64,000 nt of DNA from Methanocaldococcus indicus (GCF_049554935.1 NZ_CP186926.1:448001-512000); one strand, 5' to 3'; shown: positions 10,369 to 19,931, counted from the first letter of the stretch. Notes: generated from the letters alone by a model not told the origin. Translations and numbers: made by a program.

Positions 10369-13300
10369 ATGAAGAAAGTTTTTAGCATTTTAAAGGATAT
10401 AGGTATTGATGAGCTTAGACCTCCTCAAAAAAAGGCTATTGATTTAGGAATATCAGATAAAAATAAAAATTTTATAATTTCAATTCCTACAGCATCTGGG
10501 AAGACATTAATTGGGGAAATAGCTTTAATAAACCATCTTTTAGATGAAGACAAGAAACCAACAGGTAGGAAAGGGATTTTTATAGTCCCTTTAAAGGCAT
10601 TAGCTTCTGAAAAATATGAAGATTTCAAAAATAAATATGAAAAATTTGGACTAAGAGTTGCTTTATCTATTGGAGATTATGATGAAGATGAAGATTTAAG
10701 CAACTATCATCTAATAATTACAACTGCTGAAAAACTTGATTCTTTATGGAGGCATAAAATTGATTGGTTAGATGATATATCTATTGTAGTTGTAGATGAG
10801 ATTCACTTAATCAATGATGATACAAGAGGAGGAACATTAGAGATTTTATTAACAAAACTAAAAAATTTAGATGTTCAAATTATTGGCCTATCTGCTACAA
10901 TTGGCAATCCTCATGAATTAGCCAATTGGTTAAATGCTGAACTTCTCTTAGATGATTGGAGACCAATAGAGTTAAAGAAAGGAATTTATAAAAATGGAGA
11001 AATTGAATATATAAATGGGGAAATTAAGAAGATTAATGAAAAAGGAGATGATATATATAAGTTAGTTGTTGATTGTGTAAAAGATGGAGGAAGTTGTTTA
11101 GTTTTTTGCAATACTAAAAGAAATGCTGTTAATGAAGCCAAAAAATTAGATTTAAGAAGATATTTAACAGAAGAAGAAAAAGAGAAATTAAAAAAGATTG
11201 CTAATGAAATACTATCTATTTTAGAGCAGCCAACTGAGTTATGTAAAACATTAGCCAACTGTATTTTAAAAGGAGTAGCTTTCCATCATGCAGGACTAAC
11301 ATATCAGCATAGGAAAATTGTTGAAGAAGCTTTCAGAAAGAGGTTAATTAAAGTTATATGTTGTACTCCAACACTATGTCTAAATGCAAACACTGAAATA
11401 CTGCAGGAGAGTGGATTTAGAAAAATCACAGATTTAAACAAAAATGAAAAAGTTTTTGCACTGTGTGGAAATGAAATAAAACCAATAGATGGTTGGAAAG
11501 TTCATAGAACACCACAACATCCATATAACATTGTTGTAAAAACAGTAAATAGTTTGAAAATTACCACAACTCCAAATCATATATTTTTGGTTAAAGAAAG
11601 TGGTCCTTTAAAAGAAAAGGAAGCAAAAGATTTAAAAGTTGGGGATTATGTAGCAACTGTTGATAGAATAAGAGTTAAGGAGAAAAATATAGGACTATCT
11701 TATGGAGACCTTTACTTTATTGGATACTTTATAGGTGATGGTTATACAGGAGTTATAAAAAAAGATGTATTTAATGGTAGCCCTGACCTTGCATTTAATC
11801 CAAAGTATCCACCAAATTTTGATGATTCTGAACTTCACAAAAAATATTTTTTGAAATGTAGAGTATCTAATGGTGTTGCTCATTATAGGTATTCAAAAAA
11901 ACTAAGAAAACTCTTTAATAAATTAAATTTACTTACAAAAGATAACAAAAATATTGATGTATTTTGTAACCTTACATTGGATAAGCTATCATATCTTATT
12001 GCCGGTTTATTTGATAGTGATGGATATGTAAATTCAAATGCAAAATATATTGAATTTTATTCGATATCTGAAAAGTTGGTCAAACAATTACAATTTGTAT
12101 TGTTAAGATTTGGTATTCATGCCAGTATTAGAAAAAAGAAAACTGAAACTATAACATCTCCAACAAATGGAAAAGAATACAAATGTAAAGATATTTATGT
12201 ATTGTCAATTAGAGATTTTATGAGTATAAAAAGATTTTATGAAAATATTCCATTAAGACATGAAGAGAAGAGAAAAAAATTAGAAAAAATTGTAAAAAGT
12301 AAGGAAATTGCTAAAATATGGTGTGATTGTGGATTTAGTGTTGATTTAACTATGTTTAAACCAAGAACTAAAAGGCAGAGAGAATTAAATAAAAAGCGTG
12401 TAAAATTACTTTTTGAGCTGTTAGATGGGAAAAAGTTAATTACAAACTATGAAGAGTATTTCTCAAAAAGAAAAAATCCACATTTTGAATTTATTGTAAG
12501 AGAAAATGTTGGTGGTAATAAAAAAGGAGTATATTATTCTCTAAATAATAAAGGAAAGATTTTAATGAATCTTCTTAATAAAAATATCGAAAATAAAAAT
12601 AATTTAGATGAGATATATAACTTTTTGGTAAATCTTAAAAATTGCCCGATTTGTGGAAAACCAATTCATAAAGTGATAAGACATAGCTGGAAAAAAGAGT
12701 GCTATGATGGAGACATTTATTGGGATAAAATTAAAGAAATTAAAAAGATAAAAGTAAATGACAAATATGCTTATGATATAGAACTGCCTGATGATGGATT
12801 GAATAGTCATTATATTGTAGCAAATGGATTTATAGTGCATAACTCTGCTGGACTTAATGTTCCATGTAGAAGAGCTATAATAAAAGATTTAAAAAGATAT
12901 ACAAATGAAGGAATGAGATATATTCCAATAATGGAAGTCCAGCAATGCATAGGAAGAGCTGGAAGACCAGGATATGATGAGTATGGAGAAGGAATAATTT
13001 TAGCTAAAAACAATAGAGATTATTTAAGAGCTATTCAAATATTGACTCAAAATCCTGAACCAATATATTCAAAACTCTCCAATCAAGCTATTTTAAGAAC
13101 TCAAATTTTAGGTTTAATAACAACAGGAGAAGTTTTAGATGAGTATGATTTAGAAGAGTTTATTAAAAATACATTTTATGCTCATCAGTTTGGAAATTTA
13201 GATTATGTAATTGAAAATATTAAGGAGGTTATAAGATTTTTAGAAGAGAACAATTTTATAAAAAATTTTGTCCCAACAGAATTAGGAAAAAGAGTTTCTG

Positions 13301-13887
13301 AGTTATATATAGACCCATTATCAGCTAAGTTTATAATAGATGGATTAAAAAAAGATATTAAAGATGAACTCTACTATCTCTATTTAATATCTAAAACTAT
13401 AGAAATGAGACCTTATCTAAGAGTTTATAGGAATGAAGAGTTTGAACTAATCAATGAGATGAGAAATTATAACATTGATTTTATTGAGTATGAGGACTTA
13501 GAGGCTTTTAAGACAGCTAAAATGTTATATGATTGGATTAATGAACTTCCAGAAGACAAAATTTTAGAAAAATATAAGATTGAACCAGGAATTTTGAGGT
13601 ATAAGGTTGAGAATGCAATATGGCTTATGCATGCAGTAAAAGAAATATCTAAAATAATTGGAAAAGATACAGAAATTCCTGAAAAGTTGGAGATAAGATT
13701 GGAGTATGGAGCTAAAGAGGATATAATTGAACTTTTAAAAATAAAACATATAGGTAGAGTAAGAGCAAGAAAGCTATACAATGCAGGTATTAAAAGTGTT
13801 GAAGATATTATAAACAATCCTAAAAAAGTTTCTTCTATAATTGGAGAGAAGATAACTAAAAAGATTTTAGATGAAATTGAATTATAA
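10369..13887 (+). CDS. hel308: Ski2-like ATP-dependent DNA helicase Hel308/Hjm, intein-containing
   Basis: PTASGKT, DEIH, SAT, FHHAGL, TPTL/SAGLN split by intein, GRAGRP, C-terminal HhH IGRVRARKL. Confidence 0.93.
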   Translation: MKKVFSILKDIGIDELRPPQKKAIDLGISDKNKNFIISIPTASGKTLIGEIALINHLLDEDKKPTGRKGIFIVPLKALASEKYEDFKNKYEKFGLRVALSIGDYDEDEDLSNYHLIITTAEKLDSLWRHKIDWLDDISIVVVDEIHLINDDTRGGTLEILLTKLKNLDVQIIGLSATIGNPHELANWLNAELLLDDWRPIELKKGIYKNGEIEYINGEIKKINEKGDDIYKLVVDCVKDGGSCLVFCNTKRNAVNEAKKLDLRRYLTEEEKEKLKKIANEILSILEQPTELCKTLANCILKGVAFHHAGLTYQHRKIVEEAFRKRLIKVICCTPTLCLNANTEILQESGFRKITDLNKNEKVFALCGNEIKPIDGWKVHRTPQHPYNIVVKTVNSLKITTTPNHIFLVKESGPLKEKEAKDLKVGDYVATVDRIRVKEKNIGLSYGDLYFIGYFIGDGYTGVIKKDVFNGSPDLAFNPKYPPNFDDSELHKKYFLKCRVSNGVAHYRYSKKLRKLFNKLNLLTKDNKNIDVFCNLTLDKLSYLIAGLFDSDGYVNSNAKYIEFYSISEKLVKQLQFVLLRFGIHASIRKKKTETITSPTNGKEYKCKDIYVLSIRDFMSIKRFYENIPLRHEEKRKKLEKIVKSKEIAKIWCDCGFSVDLTMFKPRTKRQRELNKKRVKLLFELLDGKKLITNYEEYFSKRKNPHFEFIVRENVGGNKKGVYYSLNNKGKILMNLLNKNIENKNNLDEIYNFLVNLKNCPICGKPIHKVIRHSWKKECYDGDIYWDKIKEIKKIKVNDKYAYDIELPDDGLNSHYIVANGFIVHNSAGLNVPCRRAIIKDLKRYTNEGMRYIPIMEVQQCIGRAGRPGYDEYGEGIILAKNNRDYLRAIQILTQNPEPIYSKLSNQAILRTQILGLITTGEVLDEYDLEEFIKNTFYAHQFGNLDYVIENIKEVIRFLEENNFIKNFVPTELGKRVSELYIDPLSAKFIIDGLKKDIKDELYYLYLISKTIEMRPYLRVYRNEEFELINEMRNYNIDFIEYEDLEAFKTAKMLYDWINELPEDKILEKYKIEPGILRYKVENAIWLMHAVKEISKIIGKDTEIPEKLEIRLEYGAKEDIIELLKIKHIGRVRARKLYNAGIKSVEDIINNPKKVSSIIGEKITKKILDEIEL
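11377..12843 (+). mobile_element. Intein (489 aa) with LAGLIDADG homing endonuclease
   Basis: Begins CLNANT after TPTL, ends IVHN followed by +1 Ser (SAGLN); LAGLIDADG-like FIGYFIGDG and LIAGLFDSDG; TTPNH block B. Confidence 0.93.
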
Positions 13888-15198
13888 AATTTTGAATTTT
13901 CTTTCCCCATCATTTAAAATTGTCCAAATTGGATGATAGATACATTTATAAATTTCTCTTGCAAAATTTAAAAATCCTTCAAATCCAGTAAATGGATAGA
14001 AATCTTGTGGAAATGATAAAAAAGGAATTCCATATTTAACTGCCATATACTTCTCTTTAGTTCCTCCAATAAATATATCAGGTTTTTTATGTTTAAATAT
14101 TAATTCTAAATCTATTTTTGATGCATCATCTACAAAAAGAGTATTGTCTTCTACATTTCTATAAGCCTCTATATAATCTTCCAAATCACCAAATTGTGAG
14201 CCAATAGATATAACTTCCATTCCTAAATCTTTAAAAGCTGATGATAACATACCAATTTTTGAAGCTCCCATAAAAATACCTACTTTTTTTCCATTTAGTT
14301 TTTCTATATAAAAATCTAATTTATCCTTTATCTTTTTAGTTTCATTGTCAATAATCTCTTTTCCAACTTCTTTAATTTTAAAGAATTTAGCTATCTTCAT
14401 TATAGAATCTATTGTATTACTTAAACCTATGAATGAAACATTTAATTTTGGAATTCCATACTTTCTTTCCATATATTCAGCAATATACTTCCCAGTTCTT
14501 TTACAATGCACAAGATTTAACTTAGCATTTTTAGCATTTTTTATATCTTCAACAGAACAATCTCCTGTAAATGTTGCTATAACTTCAATTCCCATCTTAT
14601 TTAATATATCCTTAATTACTCTTGTTTCATTACTAATATTATATTCACCAATAATATTAACTGTGAGCTTGTCTCTAAATTCATCTTTAAATTCTCCTTT
14701 ATCTATTAATTTAAATATTGAAATTATTGCAATTTCATGACCTTTTGATTGATGATATCCACAAAATCCAGGACAAAATATAGGAATCACTGGAATATTT
14801 AAAGATTTTTCAGCATCTTCACATATCTTTTTGATATTATCTCCAATTAGAGAAGATACACATGTCGCATAAACAAATATAGTATCTCCTTTTAGTTCAT
14901 TATAAGCTTCTATTATTGTATCATAAAGTTTTTTTTCACAACCATATATTACATCAATAGTTTCCATATCAGTAGATACAATATTATATGATTTTTTTCT
15001 TACATTTTGGCCATAAAATGCACATCCAATAGGAGAATGAATTATATGAATAGTATTTTTTATTGGAGCTAATATCCATCTTACTCCATAATATGGACAA
15101 CTCCTTTGTGTAATACTTCCAGGAGAAGACTTTTTATTTGTTGTAGGAAGTCCATATTTTTTTAAAGTAATTTTATAAGGAAGGACTCTTATTTTCAT
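13882..15198 (-). CDS. nifE: Nitrogenase cofactor scaffold NifE-like alpha subunit
   Basis: QRSCPYYG, HSPIGCA, YATCV, IIGEYNI, LVHCKR; lacks the FeMoco His ligand segment of NifD. Confidence 0.85.
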   Translation of the reverse strand: MKIRVLPYKITLKKYGLPTTNKKSSPGSITQRSCPYYGVRWILAPIKNTIHIIHSPIGCAFYGQNVRKKSYNIVSTDMETIDVIYGCEKKLYDTIIEAYNELKGDTIFVYATCVSSLIGDNIKKICEDAEKSLNIPVIPIFCPGFCGYHQSKGHEIAIISIFKLIDKGEFKDEFRDKLTVNIIGEYNISNETRVIKDILNKMGIEVIATFTGDCSVEDIKNAKNAKLNLVHCKRTGKYIAEYMERKYGIPKLNVSFIGLSNTIDSIMKIAKFFKIKEVGKEIIDNETKKIKDKLDFYIEKLNGKKVGIFMGASKIGMLSSAFKDLGMEVISIGSQFGDLEDYIEAYRNVEDNTLFVDDASKIDLELIFKHKKPDIFIGGTKEKYMAVKYGIPFLSFPQDFYPFTGFEGFLNFAREIYKCIYHPIWTILNDGERKFKIL

Positions 15199-15833
15199 AC
15201 TATCTCCTTTTTTAATATGTTTATTAACAAACTGTAATCTTTAAAATTCTCATCAGGAGGATGTAAAATATACAAAGAACCATTTTTGAATATTTTAATA
15301 CCTAAAATATCTCCTTCATTATTGAGAAGTATTGGCCTGTAATCAAGATATTCATAATCACAAATTAATGATAATGTATCTACCAATCCTAACTTACCAT
15401 TTTCATCATTAACTTCATATATATGGGAATATTCCTTAATCAGCTCAGAATATGTTGGTAATTCATTGGATATAATATCAGTTCCCTCCTTATCTTTAAC
15501 AACAAATGTGTCTCTAACTAAATGTTTCATTAAGTAGTGTTCCATAATTCTGCCTTTTGAGATATTTTTGAAATATGGGTCAATAACTACAACATTTGAG
15601 CCATTTTCTAATATTTCCTTTATTTTTATGTCTTTTAGTATTGTAATAACACTTGATTGATTTGCTGAATAAGAACTTAAATTTTTAAAAAATAGGGGCA
15701 TATACACAATAGTTAAATCATATTTTGCAATATCTATTTGGTTAAATGGTATGAATAAACAATCTTCAGCATCATAAGAATCCACATTATTAATTTCTTT
15801 TCCTAAGAATAGAACTTTCATATTATTCACCAT
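15195..15833 (-). CDS. Hypothetical protein translationally coupled to nifE
   Basis: 212-aa ORF, 4-bp overlap with nifE start, GGTGA RBS. Confidence 0.7.
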   Translation of the reverse strand: MVNNMKVLFLGKEINNVDSYDAEDCLFIPFNQIDIAKYDLTIVYMPLFFKNLSSYSANQSSVITILKDIKIKEILENGSNVVVIDPYFKNISKGRIMEHYLMKHLVRDTFVVKDKEGTDIISNELPTYSELIKEYSHIYEVNDENGKLGLVDTLSLICDYEYLDYRPILLNNEGDILGIKIFKNGSLYILHPPDENFKDYSLLINILKKEIV

Positions 15834-15836
15834 TTA

Positions 15837-15857
15837 GGAATTAGGTTACCTATTTCC
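15837..15857. promoter_or_regulatory. NrpR-like operator (internal to nif cluster)
   Basis: GGAATTAGGTTACCTATTTCC: palindrome containing GGAA-N6-TACC; nearly identical to the site at 25097. Confidence 0.65.
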
Positions 15858-15877
15858 AAATTATAAAATAAAAAAAA

Positions 15878-16072
15878 TTACTCTTCTAAGATAATTGCAT
15901 TAGTAGGACAAACATCTTTACAAACTCCACAAAGAGTACATTCTTCTTCTCTTGCTACAACTACTTTATCTCCTTGAATTTCAAAAACTTCCATAGGACA
16001 GTTATTTACACATTCTGCACAATCTGGACCTCTGCATAAGTCATAGTTTATTTGTATAACCAACAATACCAC
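15878..16072 (-). CDS. 2[4Fe-4S] ferredoxin
   Basis: CRGPDCAECVNNCP and CTLCGVCKDVCP. Confidence 0.9.
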   Translation of the reverse strand: MVLLVIQINYDLCRGPDCAECVNNCPMEVFEIQGDKVVVAREEECTLCGVCKDVCPTNAIILEE

Positions 16073-16331
16073 CTAATGAGAATCTAATTTTCAAAGCAAT
16101 CATTTTTAGAATGTTAATGAATCTGTCCAAATTTAAATTAATATGTATATAGTTAAAGTCATAAGGAATGTCATAGGAATTATAAACCATTATTCTGTCT
16201 CCTTTCTTTATATTATTAGGAACTGGAACATTTATTTCTCTAACTACACCATCTATTTCAATTAGGGGAACTTTTAAATTATTATTTACAATTTTAAATC
16301 CTCTAAATGTCCCAATTTTACCATAACACAT
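16041..16331 (-). CDS. Divergent HypC/HupF-like small protein
   Basis: N-terminal MC; IEIDGVVREI and IKKGDRIMV resemble HypC VDFGGVKREV and VKVGDYVLV. Confidence 0.5.
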   Translation of the reverse strand: MCYGKIGTFRGFKIVNNNLKVPLIEIDGVVREINVPVPNNIKKGDRIMVYNSYDIPYDFNYIHINLNLDRFINILKMIALKIRFSLGGIVGYTNKL

Positions 16332-16333
16332 AA

Positions 16334-16663
16334 TTACTCACTCTCCCTAACTTTAAATAACCAATCTATATTATATTTTTTTAATTCATCTTTTATAAAT
16401 TCTATTATATCATCTGGAACTCCATATTTTTTCAGGTCTTCTACATTTTCAAGTTCTTCAGGTTTTCCATATCCACTTTCTATCTCATCTATTAAATATT
16501 TAGCAACTATCCCAGGAATATTTTTAACTTTCACTGCTTCAAAAAGTATAGAATTCTCATGAGGAATTTTATCTTCCTTTATGTAGAATACTATACAATG
16601 GAAATCATCACCTTCAACAATATTCCCATATTCATCATATTTCTTAAATTCAACTATCATCAT
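16334..16663 (-). CDS. Hypothetical acidic protein directly downstream of nifK
   Basis: 109-aa ORF 1 bp from nifK stop; GTGA RBS overlaps the nifK stop. Confidence 0.7.
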   Translation of the reverse strand: MMIVEFKKYDEYGNIVEGDDFHCIVFYIKEDKIPHENSILFEAVKVKNIPGIVAKYLIDEIESGYGKPEELENVEDLKKYGVPDDIIEFIKDELKKYNIDWLFKVRESE

Positions 16664-16664
16664 A

Positions 16665-18059
16665 TCACTGTTGTTTTTGGTCCCATGGTATTTGTGTATC
16701 TAATATAGTATTAACTATATCATCAAATAATCTTAAACTACCCATATATCCAACTATTGGCCATCTAAAATGCCCTACTCTATCATAAATTGGAAATCCT
16801 ACTCTTACTAAACCAATATTTAAGTCATCTGCTAACCTTTTTCCACCTCTTGGATGACCAATTAATAAATCAACTCCTATCTTTTTAACAGATTTTTCAA
16901 AGTCCCATAAATCAGAATATTGCACTTCTATGTCTATATTATATTTTTCTGCTATCTTTTCCATATCTTTTTTGTAAGTTGTAGATGGAGTTTGAGTATT
17001 TACAACTACTGGTTTTAGTCCCATCTCACATGCAAATCTTGATAATGCAACTACAAAATCTGGGTCTCCAAATATTCCAACCTTCTTGTCCATTGTATAA
17101 TGTACTGTATCAACAATTGCATCTATTAATTTACCTCTTTCATCTAACAATTTATCAGGAATGTCTAATCCAGTTATCTTTGCAATATTGATAATAAACT
17201 CATCAGTATTCTCTATCCCTATTGGTAATCCATAATATACAGGAATTTTGTATCTTCTTTGTAAGAATAAAGCTCCTCCACCTCCAGCATGTCTGCATAA
17301 TACAAATATTGCCTTAGCATTTATTAACTCTTCAAATTCTTCAACTTTTGTTCCACCTTTTGGATAATATGGAACCTCTTTTATTGGCTCTCTTAAAGGT
17401 TGATATAAGGTCTCTGAAATATCAAATAAAACTGAATAATCTTTTCCTTCTTTTAATTCAAACATTTCAAATATTCTTTTTATTTCTAAAATGTCTCCAG
17501 GATTTACTCCAAATCCAGGAACTATAAATATTTTCCCATCTTTATCTTCATCTCTTTTTTTTCCAGCTGTAAAGTATTGGAAGAATGCTTTAACAGCATT
17601 ATCATATCCTTTTACATGACTTGATTGATATGATGGACAATGAACTGGAATTATTGGCAGTTTTGCTTTTTCTTCTCCAAATTCTTTAGCTATCTTCTTC
17701 CTAGCAGCTCTAATAAATGCTTCTATGTCATCTCCAATTGTTTCAGAGGAACATGTTGTAACAACTGAAATTAAATCTGGATCATATCTTGCTACTAAAT
17801 TTCTAATTCCCTCAACTAAATTCCTCATTCCTCCATATACTGCTGCATCTTCATGAAATGATGCAACTGCAATAGTTGCTGGTTCTCTAAAATGTCTATT
17901 AAATGTATATCTTACATAAGTACAACAACCTTGAGAACCTTGAACAAAAGGAATTCCCCTATGAACTCCTAAGGTTGCCCACATTGCACCAATTGGTTGG
18001 CATGTTTTGTTTGGGTTTATAGTCCCTGCTCTCTGTTTTTCAACATAAGTAATTCCCAT
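16665..18059 (-). CDS. nifK: Nitrogenase catalytic component beta chain
   Basis: INPNKTCQPIGA, QGSQGCC, TTCSSETIGDD, SHVKGYDN, GFPIYDR; start MGITYV after GGTGA. Confidence 0.95.
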   Translation of the reverse strand: MGITYVEKQRAGTINPNKTCQPIGAMWATLGVHRGIPFVQGSQGCCTYVRYTFNRHFREPATIAVASFHEDAAVYGGMRNLVEGIRNLVARYDPDLISVVTTCSSETIGDDIEAFIRAARKKIAKEFGEEKAKLPIIPVHCPSYQSSHVKGYDNAVKAFFQYFTAGKKRDEDKDGKIFIVPGFGVNPGDILEIKRIFEMFELKEGKDYSVLFDISETLYQPLREPIKEVPYYPKGGTKVEEFEELINAKAIFVLCRHAGGGGALFLQRRYKIPVYYGLPIGIENTDEFIINIAKITGLDIPDKLLDERGKLIDAIVDTVHYTMDKKVGIFGDPDFVVALSRFACEMGLKPVVVNTQTPSTTYKKDMEKIAEKYNIDIEVQYSDLWDFEKSVKKIGVDLLIGHPRGGKRLADDLNIGLVRVGFPIYDRVGHFRWPIVGYMGSLRLFDDIVNTILDTQIPWDQKQQ

Positions 18060-18081
18060 AAATATCACCAAAAAATTAAAT

Positions 18082-19512
18082 TTAAGAATTTTTCTTAAAT
18101 TCTTTGAATTTTTCTTCACCTTCTTTTAAAATATTCCAAATTGGATGATAAACTGCTTTATAAATATCTCTTGCAAAATTAACAAATCCTTTGAAGCATG
18201 CATAGGGTCCTTGTTCATAACTGTGAGAGTTAATTGTTGGAACTCCATACTTTCTAAATAAATATCTCTCTTTCAATCCTGTAAGCATGAAATCTGGTTT
18301 GTATTTAGCCACTGCTTCCTCTAATTCTAATTCATTTGGAGCATCAATAACCAAAGTTCCTTTTAGTCCAGCCTTTTTTAAGTTTTTATTCAACTTTTCA
18401 TAATCATCTTCATGTGCAAATGTACAACATGCTACTACAACATCTATTCCCAACTCTTTCATAACTCTAATCCAATGCCATGTTCTTGGACCTCCAACAT
18501 AAATTAGACATCTTTTTCCTTCTAATTTAGATTTATAAAACTCTAATTGTGGCTTAATAGCTTCTAATTCTTCTTCTATAACTTTCTCTACCCTATCCAT
18601 TGGAATTCCTAATACTTCGGCAGTTTTTCTTAAAGCCTCAGCTGTTTGTTCTATTCCAAAGAGTGAAACCCAAATTTTTGGAATATTGAAGCCATCTTCT
18701 ATCAATTCAGCAATATAGTTGGCAGACCTTTGACAATGGACAATATTTAATTTAACATCTGGTAATTTGAATAAATCATCTAATGATGCATTTCCAGTAA
18801 ATACAGCTACAATTCTACATCCAATTTTTTCAAATAACTCTTTTATAACTGCAACATCCCAATCCATATTGTAATCTCCAATTATTGCAACGTCATAAGG
18901 AGTTTTTTCTTCCTCTTTTAAACATTTTTCTGGATATCTTTCTCTTGCTTTTTTTAGCCATCTATAAAATGATATATTAAAGACGTGATGTCCTTTTGAT
19001 TGTGAAACTCCTGCATATCCTGGACAATTACATACAAATACTGGTTTTCCTATTTTTTCTTCTACTTTTCTTGCTACTGCATCTAAATTATCTCCAATTA
19101 GTCCAGAAGTGCATGTAGCATAAATAAAAATACCTTTTGCTTCTGGAAATTCTTTTATAGCTTCTAAACATGCCTTTTCTAATTTCTTTTCACCGCCATA
19201 AACAACATCAGCCTCTTGCATATCTGTTGTAAAGCAGTATCTTCTATGTAGTTCATTGTCTGACAGATTTCTTCTTGTTCCCCATGTGTAATATGCACAT
19301 CCAACTGGTGAATGAACCATATGAATAACATCTTTTACAGGCCCACCTACGACTCCTCTACTTCCTGCAAAGGAACAACCTCTCTCAGTTAAATCTCCTG
19401 GAACTGTTTTAATATTACATGCAGGAATTATTTCCTCCTCTGGGTCATAAATGTAGGTGTGTTTCATTCTTTCAGGGATTGGTTTGTCACAATCTAACAA
19501 AACAAATGGCAT
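18082..19512 (-). CDS. nifD: Nitrogenase catalytic component alpha chain
   Basis: ERGCSFAG, PVGC, ATC P-cluster cysteines; SQSKGHH; HCQRS cofactor Cys; GGPR; NSHSY cofactor His. Confidence 0.95.
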   Translation of the reverse strand: MPFVLLDCDKPIPERMKHTYIYDPEEEIIPACNIKTVPGDLTERGCSFAGSRGVVGGPVKDVIHMVHSPVGCAYYTWGTRRNLSDNELHRRYCFTTDMQEADVVYGGEKKLEKACLEAIKEFPEAKGIFIYATCTSGLIGDNLDAVARKVEEKIGKPVFVCNCPGYAGVSQSKGHHVFNISFYRWLKKARERYPEKCLKEEEKTPYDVAIIGDYNMDWDVAVIKELFEKIGCRIVAVFTGNASLDDLFKLPDVKLNIVHCQRSANYIAELIEDGFNIPKIWVSLFGIEQTAEALRKTAEVLGIPMDRVEKVIEEELEAIKPQLEFYKSKLEGKRCLIYVGGPRTWHWIRVMKELGIDVVVACCTFAHEDDYEKLNKNLKKAGLKGTLVIDAPNELELEEAVAKYKPDFMLTGLKERYLFRKYGVPTINSHSYEQGPYACFKGFVNFARDIYKAVYHPIWNILKEGEEKFKEFKKNS

Positions 19513-19540
19513 TTTTTCACCTTTAATTTTAACTTTAATT

Positions 19541-19927
19541 TTAATTTCCTATAGCTTCTTCTCCAAATTCTCCAGTTCTAATTCTAATAGCTTCTTCTGT
19601 AGGTATAACAAATATTTTTCCATCACCTGGCTTTCCTGTCCTGTTTATTTTTGTTATAATGCCTATAACCAATGGAACATCTTCATCATTTACTACAATT
19701 GATAACATTCTTTTTGGAATATATTTTATTTTTAGCCCTAATTTTTCACCTTCTTCTATTATTTTTTCTTTATCAATTCCTTCTGGAAGATATGCATCAA
19801 TATAACCTTTTTCTTTTCCTCTACCAAAACATTTAATAATCGTTAAAGCAGGAAATCCAACAGCTTCAAGTGCTTTAACTGTCTGAGATACTTTATTAGG
19901 TCTAATAATTGCTAAAATTTCTTTCAT
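19541..19927 (-). CDS. nifI2: PII-like nitrogenase regulator NifI2
   Basis: MKEILAIIRP, GRGKEKG, GDGKIFV, IRIRTGE; between nifI1 and nifD. Confidence 0.92.
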   Translation of the reverse strand: MKEILAIIRPNKVSQTVKALEAVGFPALTIIKCFGRGKEKGYIDAYLPEGIDKEKIIEEGEKLGLKIKYIPKRMLSIVVNDEDVPLVIGIITKINRTGKPGDGKIFVIPTEEAIRIRTGEFGEEAIGN

Positions 19928-19931
19928 TTTC

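Noticed and set aside
18060-18119. N-terminal extensions in the ORF track (nifK, nifI1, hacB, nadA, galU, pheS, purC)
   Set aside because: Downstream starts have proper RBS and match family N-termini
16665-19512. Vanadium or Fe-only nitrogenase call
   Set aside because: No vnfG/anfG between D and K, and a molybdate transporter is adjacent; kept as nif
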